Positions 51,468-64,000 of a stretch of DNA of 64,000 nucleotides are shown piece by piece. Each line of letters opens with the position of its first letter. Positions within the stretch are counted from its first letter, which is position 1. The notes under the pieces were generated by a model, which made no database searches, had not been told where the DNA came from, and was given only the letters and a program-made list of their open reading frames with translations. A program made the position numbers and the translations under genes. Source of the stretch: Octopus vulgaris (Eukaryota); the NCBI GenBank assembly GCA_951406725.2, contig OX597816.1, positions 107,136,001 through 107,200,000 of the forward strand, given 5' to 3'.

Positions 51468-53289
51468 GTAAGATATGAATGAAAACAAGTTCTTTATGAT
51501 ATTTTTTTCATGTCATTTGTATTAAAATTTTTCTTGTCAGTTTTGCTCTAGGTCAACCATGCTTGTGTAGATGTTGTTGCTGTTGTTTTATCCTAGCTCA
51601 ACTTTCATTGAAAGAGATTTATATCCGAAGTTTTTCCTGCTGTAACACTCCCAATCTTTTTTTTTAACTTTTTACCCATAGTATATTTAGGATCACTGAG
51701 GTGTGGCAGTGGTTGTGTGTGTGTGTGTGTGTGGATTTTTCTTTATAAGTACATGATTTTGAGTTCTACCTCACTGCATGATACTCTGAATAAATGTTTT
51801 TTACTAGACTCTTTGGATCAACTAAACCGTAGTAAAGAAATACATACATTGGAGAATGTCATTGAAGATATGTAATACTTAGAAAAAAAAAAAATGGATG
51901 ATCATAGCTGGAATGTGTAAACCAGTGGTTCTTAAGCATTTTTTTGCAGCCCCACTGTTGTTATTCTTAGCACCCACCTATGTGGTGAGTGAGGTATCAC
52001 AACTGAACTAACATACCTGTACAGAAGCTTGTTGTGGTGAGAAAGGATCTTCAGACATTGGGCTTCACAGACGGAATGACAAGAGACCATGACTCTGGCA
52101 GTTTGCTTTGCTTGAGAAGACATGTCAGGCTAAGTAAAATCATGGTTGTCCTGGCATACAAGCATGTCCCTGCATCCCTCTTCAACTGAGTGATCCTAAT
52201 CTTGTGGGTTCTTGGCTGCTGGCGCCACATAAAAGTCACCAGTACCAGTACCATGTAAAAGCACTCATGCTGGTGCTGTATAAAGGCATCCTGTACATGC
52301 TGTAGAGTGGTTGGCATTAGGAAGGGCATCCAGCCATAGAAACCATGCTAAAACAGACATGGAAACCAGGCAGCACTTCAGCTGGCCAGCTTCTGTCAAA
52401 CAGTCCCACCCATGCCAGCATGGAAAATGAACATCAAATGATGATGATGATAATGATTATGATGATGATAATTATTATTATTATTATGATGATGATGATG
52501 ATATATATATATATTATATATTCTTTTTTGGAATGATGAATCTTGAAGCTAATAAAGCTATAAATCATCATCATCATCATCATCTAATATTCGCTTTCCA
52601 TGCTGACATGGGTTGGACAGTTTGAACAGGAGCTAGTGAGGCTGGGAGCTGTACCAGGTCATTTTATGACCAACATCTGGTCATAAAATGATGCCTCTGA
52701 ATAAGTCTCTATCCAACCCATGCCTGCAAATAAAAAAATGACTGAGTGAATAAACAAATGTTTAGGAATACATTATTTAGTCTGTCCTCTCTATTTATGT
52801 TGGGAATGTATAGTTTCAGGGAAATTTAACTGGCATTTCTAGCTGGTGAAGTGACTGCATATAGTTTCCATTGTTCACTTGTTGCTAGAGCAGATGTAAG
52901 TGTGCTGATGTATAAGCTAATAACTTGGTTGTTGTTCTGGCAAAACCACTTATATTTATTGGTTGCTGTTGATCCTTGGAACATTCAGCTTTCAGGTGTC
53001 AATAAGTGTGTGCTGGTTGAGCAATGAGGTTAATATAATTGATAAATCTACTCCCTCAAAATTCTTATTCTGGTAACTAATTAATGGTGACTAGCAGAAT
53101 TGTCAAGGCAAAAGGAAAAAGCTTTGTTCTACATTTTCAAGTGAAATCCTGTTGAGGTTAACTTTGTCTTTCATCCACCTGTCAAGTGGCTGATAAAATA
53201 AATAAGTCAAATACAGGATTTTATTAATAGGCTGTTCCCTAATGCCTACATTTATAGCTTTATGTTACAAGGCTTTATTATTACATATC

Positions 53290-53460
53290 TATCTATCTAT
53301 CTATGGAAGCTCCTCGTGTTTGAAGATCATGAGAAAGAGCAGGAAGTTCTTAAATGATAATGTAAACCAATCCTTGAATAAAAGGCTTTAGTGCATTTCT
53401 GGCATGTTAAGTTAGGAATTGTGACAATAGCTTTTCTTTCTTTTGGCATCAAAAAAGTAA
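53290..53460 (-). mobile_element. 3' end of a different RTE-type LINE with terminal C2H2 finger
   Basis: LTCQKCTKAFYSRIGLHYHLR, stop, short UTR, (atag)n tail. Confidence 0.7.
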
Positions 53461-53737
53461 TCTACACACACACACACACATGCTTGCATGCACACGTGCA
53501 TGCGCACACATAAGATGAAGTTTGTCTATTTGCTATAGAAAATCAATGAGTTGAATTTATATATTAAAAAATAAACTTCATAATAACCAGTTCTTTACAA
53601 TGAAATTAACAAAACTATTTAGTTATTTGCACAGTATTTAATTATGATATTTAATTTTGAAATTGAAATTAATGATTAATGTTTACAGTGTACATTACAA
53701 AATGTAAATATCTGATATAGGAAGAGATTAAACTTAC

Positions 53738-53759
53738 CTCTCTTGGAGTTCATAACTAC
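53738..53759 (-). CDS. Candidate 22-nt exon (GSYELQER or VVMNSKR)
   Basis: tgttctttttaaag acceptor and gag|gtaagt donor in AT-rich unique sequence. Confidence 0.45.
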
Positions 53760-55776
53760 CTTTAAAAAGAACATAAACATGATGGTGTGATTTTGGCAGT
53801 TTTAGACAGACAATTTAGTTAGAAATTAATTTTAAAAAAATTATTTAATTTAAACAATATTGTTGAGTGGCTGTGTGGTGAGTAGCTTGCTAACCAACCA
53901 CACGGTTGCGGGTTCAGTCCCACTGCGTGGCATCTTGGGCAAGTGTCTTCTGCTATAGCCCCGGGCCGACCAATGCCTTGTGAGTGGATTTGGTAGACGG
54001 AAACTGAAAGAAGCCTGTCGTATATATGTATATATATATATGTATGCGTGTGTTTGTGTGTCTGTGTTTGTCCCTCTAGCATTGCTTGACAACCGATGCT
54101 GGTGTGTTTAGGTCCCCGTCACTTAGCAGTTCGGCAAAAAGAGACCGATAGAATAAGTACTAAAAGGTGGTGCTCCAGCATGGCCGCAGTCAAATGACTG
54201 AAACAAGTAAAAGAGTAAAAGAGTATACCTTTTTGAAAAAAAATGTTCTTTTTATGCTTTCTAAGTGACAATATACTGCCCCCCACCCCACGATACAGTT
54301 TATTGATCAAAATGAAGTTGCTACTTATCCCATGGAGTTTCTAAATTCTTTGGAATTTTCAGGATTGTTTGCTCTTGGAGCTTCTATAATACTTTACTGA
54401 AATTTATTTCAGCCTAATTTTGAGGGAAGGAGTAAGTCAATTACATCAACCCTAGTACTTGACTGGTACTTATTTTACTGATCTTGAAAGGATGACAGGC
54501 AAAGTTGTTGATCTTGGTGGAATTTGAACCTGGAATGTAAATTCAGACAAAACGCCACTAAGCATTTTGTCTGGTGTGCTAATGATTCTGCCAGCTTGCT
54601 GCCTCCATGATAACTAAAATGATAATAAAGGCATTATAGCTTCTTGTCATTGAAACTCAAATTCAAACTGGTTGTAACCACAAAGATAATTTTATTACTT
54701 ATGATAAAACAGCGATACCATTTCAGTTTAAGTGCTTACAATTTCCAGTAAAATTATATTTTGCTCTAGTTCTATAGCATTCAAATTACATTGTCAAATG
54801 TAATAAGCATTACATTCGACAATATAATGTTGAACGTAATGCTTCTTAATTAGTGATTCACATTGTTTTGAATAAATCATGCATTATCTTGTAGCTTCGT
54901 GATTTCAATGATTATTTGTTTATTATTAAAATAACATAGTGTGGGAGGCCAAATCTGACCACCAATTTTAATATTAAAACAAGTAGAGTATTTGAGCCAG
55001 ATATGGTTGGTTTATATGTTAAAAGGTCAGAGTTGGAATGGCTAAAAATCTTTACATCTATTCCTCTTAGAGAAACCATGCAGTGTTACAATTTCAAATG
55101 AATTTTTGTTTAAATGTTTGTTGGTTTCTCCCTTCCTAACTTTGGTTTAGTTGCTGAATAATGTACTCTTTTACTCTTTTACTTGTTTCAGTCATTTGAC
55201 TGTGGCCATGCTGGAGCACCGCCTTTAGTTGAGCAAATCAACCCCAGGACTTATTCTTTGTAAGCCTAGTACTTACTCTATCAGTCTCTTTTGCCGAACC
55301 GCTAAGTTACGGGAACATAAACACACCAGCATCGGTTGTCAAGCGATGTTGGGGAGATAAACACAAACGCAGAAACATATACACACACACGTACACATAT
55401 ATATACATATACATATATACGATGGGCTTCTTTCTGTTTCCATCTACCAAATCCACTCACAAAGCTTTGGTTGGCCCGTGGCTATAGTAGAAGACACTTG
55501 TCCAAGGTGCCACGCAGTGGGACTGAACCCTGAACCATGTTGTTCGTAAGCAAGCTACTTACCACACAGCCATTCCTACACCTAAAAAGTATTATAAGAT
55601 TTCAATTTTGCTGATCTACTTTTTCACCTGTGCAATGTGCGGTTACTCAGCATTCACATGCACAGACATGTATGTATGTATGTATTTATGTATGCATGTA
55701 TGTATGTGGTGTGTGTATGGGTGTATGTATGTGTGTGTATGTATGTATATATGTATACATATATACATATATATAA

Positions 55777-55813
<37 letters not shown>

Positions 55814-56547
55814 TACACACATATATATATATATTAATAATTAAGGGTACTAACAGGCAGTATTAGCATGCTGACATAGCAGTCAAAATGATCAAACCAC
55901 AAGTTTTCATTTAAACACAAAGGTGAAAGTGGGCAAATGAATAGAAAAAATCCTAAGACCGCCATACCAATGATGAAAATAATTGAAAATTGAAGTCAGA
56001 CATAAACTCCACTCACTCCTCCATTCCATCACACCCGATGCCACTACCCCAAATCCTTCCCTTACCCCTCTCCCTCCCTGATACGCTCCTCCCACCCTCA
56101 TTATATAAAGTGAGTTACCATCAACATTTACTTTTAAAAATCATGAAATTGTGAAACCAGTTAAGTTAGTAGAAATAAATCTTTTAAAAGACTCCAAGTG
56201 CATTTTCAACTTCATTTATTTATGTGTGTATGTGTGTGCGTGTGTATGAATGTTCCCTGATGAAGGACACATGTACATCATATGCACATTTGAGTAAGGA
56301 AGAGATGCACCAGCTGGTGCATCCCTCTGTCATAATATGCCTTGCATTTTTTCTAGCTCTCAACACTGTGAGTTCAAATTCCATTGAGACTATCTTTAGC
56401 TTTCATTCGTCTAAATATCAATAAAGTACCAGTTAAATACTGGGATTGATAGTATCAGCTAATTCCTCCCCCTCAAAATTAGAGACATTGTTCCTAAATT
56501 AGAAACAGTTATTATTTCATCTCATATATGTTTGGTTATTTTCTTAC

Positions 56548-56582
56548 CGGATGAAAGTTCCTAATACTTTTGCAACCCATCT
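56548..56582 (-). CDS. Weak candidate exon (RWVAKVLGTFIR or EMGCKSIRNFHP)
   Basis: Good cg|gtaaga donor. The ttacag acceptor has a poor pyrimidine tract. Confidence 0.2.
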
Positions 56583-56934
56583 CTGTAATGTCTTCAAATC
56601 ATTGCTCTTGTGCCAAATGAAACTGAACTTTAAGGAGATGACAGAGGACTGAGATATATGGCACCTTGCTGTATTCAAGAAGACCTGCCCACCTCTTTGA
56701 GATCCTAAAACCAACATTGGGATCCTAAAACCAAGGTACCTCATAAAAAGCATTGATATGGGTGCTGGTGCCTCACAAAAAGCACTGGGTCTAGTGCCAC
56801 ATAAAAAGCACTGTGATGGTGCCACATAAAATGCACTGGTGATGGTTCCACATGAAAAGCGTCTTGTACACTCTGTAAAATGGTTGGCATTAGGAAGGAC
56901 ATCCAGGTGTAGAAACCAAGTCAAAACAACTTTT

Positions 56935-57127
56935 CTTTTTTCTAGGCAGGGGTGTTTGCCCTAAGCAAACCCATTTTCACCTCTGGAAAGAGATGGCCCT
57001 TATTCATCTGGCCACTATCCTTTGATCCATCCAGTGTGGAATCCCCACCTGCTACCTGGAGCTTGTGCTCCACTGGCATAGCTCGCAAGGTCACTGAGAT
57101 ATGCAAGTCATCACACCATAATGAGGA
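56935..57127 (-). mobile_element. RTE/BovB-like 5' UTR fragment
   Basis: Minus strand cttgcatatctcagtgaccttgcgagctatgccagtgg...aaaggatagtggccagatgaa resembles RTE 5' ends as recalled; not database-checked. Confidence 0.5.
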
Positions 57128-58113
57128 CTGGATCTTGTGGATTTGCTCCTCTTACTAACTGTAGCATTTTAAAGTGTTTGGTCCTTATTTCTAGTTTCAT
57201 GGCTGCCTGATAGAGGAATGGACAATAAACTATCTTCAATGACTTTCCCAGATTACATTGCTGAGGCATGTTGAATTTAATATACTGTCAAGTGAATTTG
57301 AACTCAAGACCTTTCTGTTGGTAGCTGAATATCATACCAAATAAGTTTACTTTCTATCGTCCTTGAAAACTGTTCTCAGTTACTGACCTTGGAAACATGG
57401 CTGAATTCATCAATATATTTATGTACAGGCTCTACAGGGCAGCATGGACTTCAATCAGAAAGCCTTTTTGATCAGTACATCCAAGACTTGAGTCCTGCAA
57501 GATTGCTAATGGCACTAAATTCACTGCTACTACTACTGTCAACATCACAGCTTCCACTACAGCCACCACCCCTACCATTGACTGGCACAATGACAACGAT
57601 GATGATGACAACAATCACCACCACCATCACTACCACTAATACCACCATTGCCACCAGTACCACCACAACCAATGCTGCTACCATCACTGCTATCACCACC
57701 ACCAGCACAACCTCCATCACCATTATCATCACCACTACCATTACCATTATTACTACAGCAGCACCACTACTATTACCACAACCATCATTAACAAAGCTAC
57801 CATTGTCACCACAATTATAACCACCACCACCATCACCACCAACATCACTATTGTCTCCATCACCTACACACTATAACCATAAGTATTGCTACTGCTTTAG
57901 TTATTTGGCAACATATAAGTACCAATATCTATTTTACAATTTTATTTCACAAACATAGATATAGAACAAGAAACTATTTTCTTCATTGATCTCTTAACTC
58001 TGTTTCATTTTGAGTTTTTTTTTCTAAGGGTAATCAATGGAAGTATATTGATTGATAGAAGTTAGATGACATTTGTTATGATTCAGTGTATGCTGCTATT
58101 ATTATTGTTGTTG

Positions 58114-58156
<43 letters not shown>

Positions 58157-58650
58157 GAGAGAGCAGTGCATGCCATCAAAGTGATACTGGGGTAAAATAT
58201 TCGAAGCCCAGTATAGCCATCATGACTACCCGTATGTGTGCAACATGGTGATCTCATATCAAGATAAACAGCAAATGACCTTGCAGGTGGGGCCCGGTTA
58301 GAATTTTCTTCAGGTCGAGTAACCTATCCTGCTCAAAAGGCCCCTGAATAAAGGTTGTTTAAGGATGTTGAATGAAACACCCATGCTTCCAGAGGTGAAT
58401 TATTCAACTCCCAAAGAATTCCTCTGATCATATTGCTATGATGCTCCCCCACTATTTCTGCTTGTGATCAGAGATGCACATATCGTCAGTCACAAAAGGA
58501 CATGTTCTACTGGTTATGGTCAAACAACTGTGGTATTGAGCAGAATATTTGCTGTAGCCCATCTTTTATACCAAGACAAAACAATTTAAATGATAACACT
58601 TCCAATCAGTTAAGATGAGAAGCCATGAAAGCCACTTCATCAGGGCATTT
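58157..58650. mobile_element. ~490 bp element embedded in (TTA)n, possibly Dong-related
   Basis: Sharp boundaries with TTA repeats on both sides; no ORF. Confidence 0.5.
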
Positions 58651-60031
58651 ATCATTATTATTATTATTATTATTATTGTTATTATTATTATTGTTATTAT
58701 TTTGGTGGCGAGCTGGCAGAAACGTTAGCATGCCGGGCAAAATGTGTAGCCATATTTCGCCTGCCGTTGCGTTCTAAGTTCAGATTCCGCCGAGGTTGAC
58801 TTTGCCTTTCATCCTTTCGGGGTTGATAAATTAAGTACCAGTTACGCACTGGGGTCGATATAATTGATTCAATCCATTTGTCTGTCCTTGTTTGTCCTCT
58901 CTGTGTTTAGCCCCTTGTGGGCAATAAAGAAATAAGAATCATTAACACATTGAGTATAATGCTTAGTGGCATTTCATCGGTCTTTACATTCTGAGTTCCA
59001 ATTCTGCTAAGGTTGATTTTGCTTTTTATCTTTTTGAGGTTGATAAGATAAGTACCAGTCAAGTACTGGAGTCGATGAAAATGACTAGCCTCCTCCCCTA
59101 ACATTTTAGGCCTTGTGCCTATAGTAGAAAGGATTATTATTATTATTATTAAGAGAGCAAGTTGGCAGAATTGTTAGTACACTGAGAAAATGCTTAGCAG
59201 CATAAAATAAGCAAGAATTGAACACTGGGCTTGATGTAATCTATTAGCCCCATCCCTGCAAATTTTGTGCCTTGTGCCTATAGTAGAAAGGATCATTTTT
59301 TTTTTTTTATTAAGACAGTGGGCTGGCAGAATCATTAGCACACTGGAGAAAATGCTGCCCATCTTTGTGCTCTGAGTTCAAATTCCACCAAAGTCAGCTT
59401 TGTCTTTCGTCCTTTTATGGTTGATAAAATAAGTACCAGTTGAATACTGGGGTTGATGCAATCAACTAAAGCTTTCCCCGCTAATTCTTGATCTTATTAG
59501 AATTATTACTTTGGCCTAGTAGTAGAAAGAATTATTACTTTGGCCTACTGGTTAGGATGTTGCACTCACAATTGTGAGATCATGGTTTCAATCCGTTGAT
59601 CAGATGGTACTAGCATAGTTAGAGTGTGTGTTACCAAGAGCGGCCCTTCTGTTTGCTGCCCCCTCACAAAAAGCACATATTGCCTACAGTAGACCTAAAA
59701 GTGCTGCCAAGAGTGGACTGCCCCTATAGTCGCCCCCCCCCACTAGCTATGCTAGTGCCGATTTGTTTGTTGTTCTTGAGCAAAACACTTCATCTCACAT
59801 TGCTCTGAGATCACTTCTACACCTGATATGTGACACACAGTGCACCTGTTCAACCAGCGTCGATTTGATGGAAGGAGTGAGCTAATGTACAGCACATACA
59901 TTTGATCACTATGAACAAATCATTTGTGCAGGTCATTCAGCAAAAAAAGCTGAACACTCATATGTTGTCTTCAATGGGAAAGTCCATCATTATTATTAGC
60001 ATCATCATTTTGATGTAACCATTTCACTTAC

Positions 60032-60109
60032 CTGAGTGGCTTTATGCTTACCAATGTCTCTCATCCATTGAGGGAAACCATAATTGTTGATGTTATTATA
60101 TTTGTGTTT
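60032..60109 (-). CDS. Candidate exon KHKYNNINNYGFPQWMRDIG(KHKATQ) with two alternative donors
   Basis: tgcag acceptor and a single open frame. Donors tg|gtaagc (exon ends 60052, phase 1) and ag|gtaagt (ends 60032, phase 0). Confidence 0.5.
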
Positions 60110-62421
60110 CTGCATGCAGGGATATTTTGAAATAAAAAAATTTGTCATTTTGGGATTATTTTGGTGAACTTAAAAATGTTTGGACATCTATACTAATTCC
60201 TGGAGTAGACAAAATATGTATATTTTAGATATTATGTTATATTTTTCCTACAAACTTGTATTTACAATCTATTCAGTGTGGTTTCCTCTACTGGAGCAGT
60301 AAGAGGTATTAAGAAAGGAAGTAGGACTGCATAAACCTCCTCTGAAGATAATGAAATAATATAATTTATGAATACTCAAAACTGAATTTAAAAAAAAAAA
60401 AGCTGGACATGACTCAAATATAAAGGGGAAAATGACAAATAAACGGGCAAATGCATTTATGAATACAGTTACAATTTGACACCCAGAAAAACGAATGTAC
60501 ATGTGATAAACAAGAATAACAAGAACAAAGCACACTTATTTAATATTAACTCTTTTGTAAACATATTTCTGTTGAAATAATCTCCTTTATTTCTATAAAT
60601 TTTGAAGTTAATGAAGAATTTATTCAAATAGTCGTTATTAAGCAGGTGTTTGCAACACAAATTAAAATGGATTTATGATGGAAAGTTTTAATTTAGAACA
60701 CCTTAAAACATGATGTTTGTTTCATAGAACCTAGAGAGGTCAGGCAGATTAGTTTCACAAGGGTTCATAAAAATACTAGCAATAGCTAGCATCACAAGTC
60801 AAAGGGAACATTTAGACATGTGTAAGCCTTGAAGAAACAGATATGTAAGTGGTATGATACAAATGTGTATACTGCTTTGCCTAAGAGATTCATACTAGAG
60901 TGAGCAAGAAGGATGGCATTCAACAACAACTGTTTATGACTTAGGTACACAGCTAGGAAATTTGGTGGGTAGGGGTTAATTGATATCATTGATCCCAGTG
61001 CTATTCTGATACCTCATTTTATCCCTAGAAAGATGAAAGGCAAAGTTGACCGTGGCAGGATTTGAAACCAGAATGTAAAAGAACTGGAATCATTTAACCA
61101 AAACTGTGTTGCTTTGTAGTTGTTTAACAACATCATTCCACTGATCATTGTTTCATTTTGTATCCATCATTAATTATTGTTTCACATTTTGACACAAGTA
61201 GGTGCAGGAGTGGCTGTGTGGTAAGTAGCTTGCTTACGAACCACATGGTTCCGGGTTCAGTCCCACTGCGTGGCACCTTGGGCAAGTGTCTTCTACTATA
61301 GCCTCGGGCCAACCAAAGCCTTGTGAGTGGATTTGATAGACGGAAATTGAAGGAAGCCTGTCGTATGTATGTATATATATATATGTATATGTGTGTATAT
61401 GTTTGAGTGTCTGTGTTTGTCCCCCCCCCCCCAACATTGCTTGACAACTGATGGTGGTGTGTTTACATCTCCATTACTTAGCGGTTCTGCAAAAAAGACC
61501 AATAGAATAAATACAAGGCTTACAAAGAATAAGTCCTGGGGTCGATTTGCTCAACTAAAGGTGGTGCTCCAACATGGCCACAGTCAAAATAACTGAAACA
61601 AGTAAAAGAGTAAAAGAGAGTAAAGAGTAAGGCCAGTAAGTCTGGGGAGGGGAAAGTCATTAGATCAACACCAGTACTCAACTGGCACTTATTTTATCAA
61701 CCCCAAAATGATGAAAGGCAAAGTTAGTCTTGGTGGAATTTGAACTCAGAATGTAAAGATGAGTGAAATGCCACTAAGCATTTTGCCTGGTCTGCTACCA
61801 ATTCTGCCAGCTTCTACAATAGCCTCAAGCCGACCAAAGCTTTTTGAGTGGATTTGGTAGACGGAAACTGAAAGAAACCCATCGTATATATGTATATATA
61901 TATATGTATGTGTGTGTGTATATGTTTGAGTGTCTGTGTTTCTCCCCCCAACATCACTTGACAACTGATTGTGGTGTGTTTACATCCCTGTAACTTAGCG
62001 GTTTGGCAAAAGAGACCATTAATTATTGCAACAGAAGTTTCAGAAATTTTATATGTTTACACTTTGTTTTCTATATTGTTGTTGCTTATCTTTAGATTAG
62101 CCCTAACTGAGCAGACATAGGATTAAAAATGACTCTGGCCTGACCATTTTGTCTTTTTGTATATCATGGATGACATTGTTTATTGTATTTTAAGGTAGTA
62201 GGGTATTTGGTTTCCATTTCTCGCAGGTGGAGTGGTTGTGTGTCATTGTGACAATTTGTCAAAGACCTGTTGAGGTAATGAACTCTCAGAAATGCCAGGC
62301 TTCAACATCTCTATGATTATTGGAATATTGCCCTTATCACTGAAATAAAAACTTTTATAACCTTGGTAGCCTTTATATAATTGCAGGTTACAATCAGATT
62401 ATTATTATTATTATCATTAAT

Positions 62422-62770
62422 GGTTTCCTTTCATTATAACTTTATTTCAGCTGTCTTAGTACTAGGCATCCTCTGGAGTAGCAAGGGCACTTTTGTTTTG
62501 CTATGCATGCTAAAATTATCACCACATTTATTCCATTTTAGATGGAGAGTGCTTTCAATAATATATGGCTTTTACTCATCAAGGTTATCTTTTGTAGTTC
62601 ACAGAAACTGGAGTTACCAGGGAGTTGCTTAATATACTTTTCAGGTCCCTTCTTTATCATTCCCAACACACCAATTATTATTATTATTATTATGTTTTTT
62701 CCTTCTTTCTTCAAATTTTCTTCTGTTTCTCGCCGAGTGTTTTCCATACACCTAGGGCAGAGAAGCTCAT
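62422..62770 (-). mobile_element. Second R4/Dong-like RLE 3' fragment
   Basis: IIIGVLGMIKKGPEKYIKQLPG..ELQKITL..HILLKAL, followed by (TAA)n. Confidence 0.7.
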
Positions 62771-63094
62771 TGTATGCATCTTTTCAGAGCCATTAAAAAT
62801 AAAGTACTGGTTACAAACTGTGGTTGACATGTTAAACCAGGTTAAAAACCTGTGTGTAAAATCTTGTGGAAACTTTCCACAGTGTTAAACCAAACCTAAA
62901 CCAGCCCAAATTTGTAACTTATTGTCATGGAATATTATCAGATAGGCTAATATAGTAAATGTAGCTCAAAAACTTAGATTTTAAATGGAAATTATGGTGG
63001 TGATGGTGGTGGTCTTGTCTTATGAGCCCAATTGCTTTATACAGCCGTGTATACTACATGTTAGAAAATTATTATGCTGTTGTGATAATGATCA

Positions 63095-63505
63095 CACAGT
63101 CTATTGTGATCATCATCATCATCATTATCATCATCGTCAGCATTGACATCACTGCCAAAGCCATCACCACCACGGCCACCACCACCACCACCACCACCAC
63201 GGCCGCCACCACCACCACCACCACCACTACCGTTATTGTTGTCATCATTATTTCCTTCTCCTCTTCCTGATCATCATCATTATCACCACTACCACTGCTG
63301 CTGCTGCCACCACCACCACCACCACCACCACCATTATCACCACTGCCAAATCCACCACCACTTGCCACCAACAATGCCACCACTACCACTGCCGCCGCCG
63401 CCACCACCCCACCACCACCACCACCAACAACAACAACGAGAACACCATCGTCGTTGTTGTCATTATTTCCTCCTCTTCCTCCTCCTCCTCCTCCTCATCA
63501 TCATC
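63095..63505. repeat. Compound trinucleotide repeat (CAT/CAC/CCT)
   Basis: Directly visible. Similar tracts at 35087-35270 and 57525-57860. Confidence 0.9.
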
Positions 63506-64000
63506 TTCACTGTTATCAATACCCCAAAATAATCTTTTAAAAAATCACAACCCTTTCCTCCCAACAACAAAGAGAACAAAAATAAAAATCTTCCATTGAT
63601 GTTATTTTCAAGTAAAATTTTTGCATCTCTTAAGATGGAGTTGCCTGCAGTCGTCTGTTGAAGTTGTCCCGTTCACTTCCCACCTTTCCTGCACTTTCCT
63701 GTTCCTTTTCCTTTTTCCTCTTTCATTGTGTAACTACCATTCCTTCCTCTTGCAGCTGACTCACATCACTGCTTTGTTCTTTAAGTTAGAATTAGGCTGC
63801 TTGCGTAATGCATCTCATCAGATGTTGTGTTGTGAGTGCTGTTGATGTTTGTGTTGAGGGGTGGCTGTGGATAGATGGAAGGATGGATGGATGGATGGGT
63901 GGATGGAATGATGGATAGATGGATGGGTGGATGGATGGATGGATTGATGAGTGTATTGATGGATGGGTTGAGTGGATGGATGGGTGGGTGGAATGATGAT

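Noticed and set aside
62268-62340. Minus exon-like DKGNIPIIIEMLKPG..., and 60266-60341 EVYAVLLPFLIP...
   Set aside because: Good acceptors but weak donors, and the phases do not chain with the 60109 exon.
63022-63532. Poly-Pro/His/Thr/Val ORFs, and the many YIYI/VCVC/THTH ORFs across the window
   Set aside because: Simple-repeat translation artefacts.

Overview
Eukaryotic, AT-rich, microsatellite-dense DNA. The SINE/LINE repertoire and composition suggest a cephalopod, probably Octopus (inference). Most listed ORFs are microsatellite or SINE artefacts. The only long real ORFs belong to RTE-clade LINEs: a near full-length but frameshifted copy at ~10290-14063, a 5'-truncated copy at ~3044-5270 and a decayed third fragment. 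Each carries a C4HC3 PHD-like finger inserted in frame inside the reverse transcriptase. Their 3' UTRs are built from tandem copies of a short module that can fold as a compact H-type pseudoknot. Also present: three mariner relics, decayed Penelope-like elements and several minimal hammerhead-like motifs with core variants (one pair in a ~215 bp inverted repeat), R4/Dong and CRE endonuclease fragments, a non-autonomous Helitron, hAT-type MITEs and three tRNA-SINE families. No host gene can be named. Scattered splice-signal-bounded candidate exons suggest a + strand gene with phase-1 alternative first exons and a possible 3-nt microexon, and a - strand gene. A CpG-retaining domain appears to span ~22.5-50 kb. 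All calls were made by eye.
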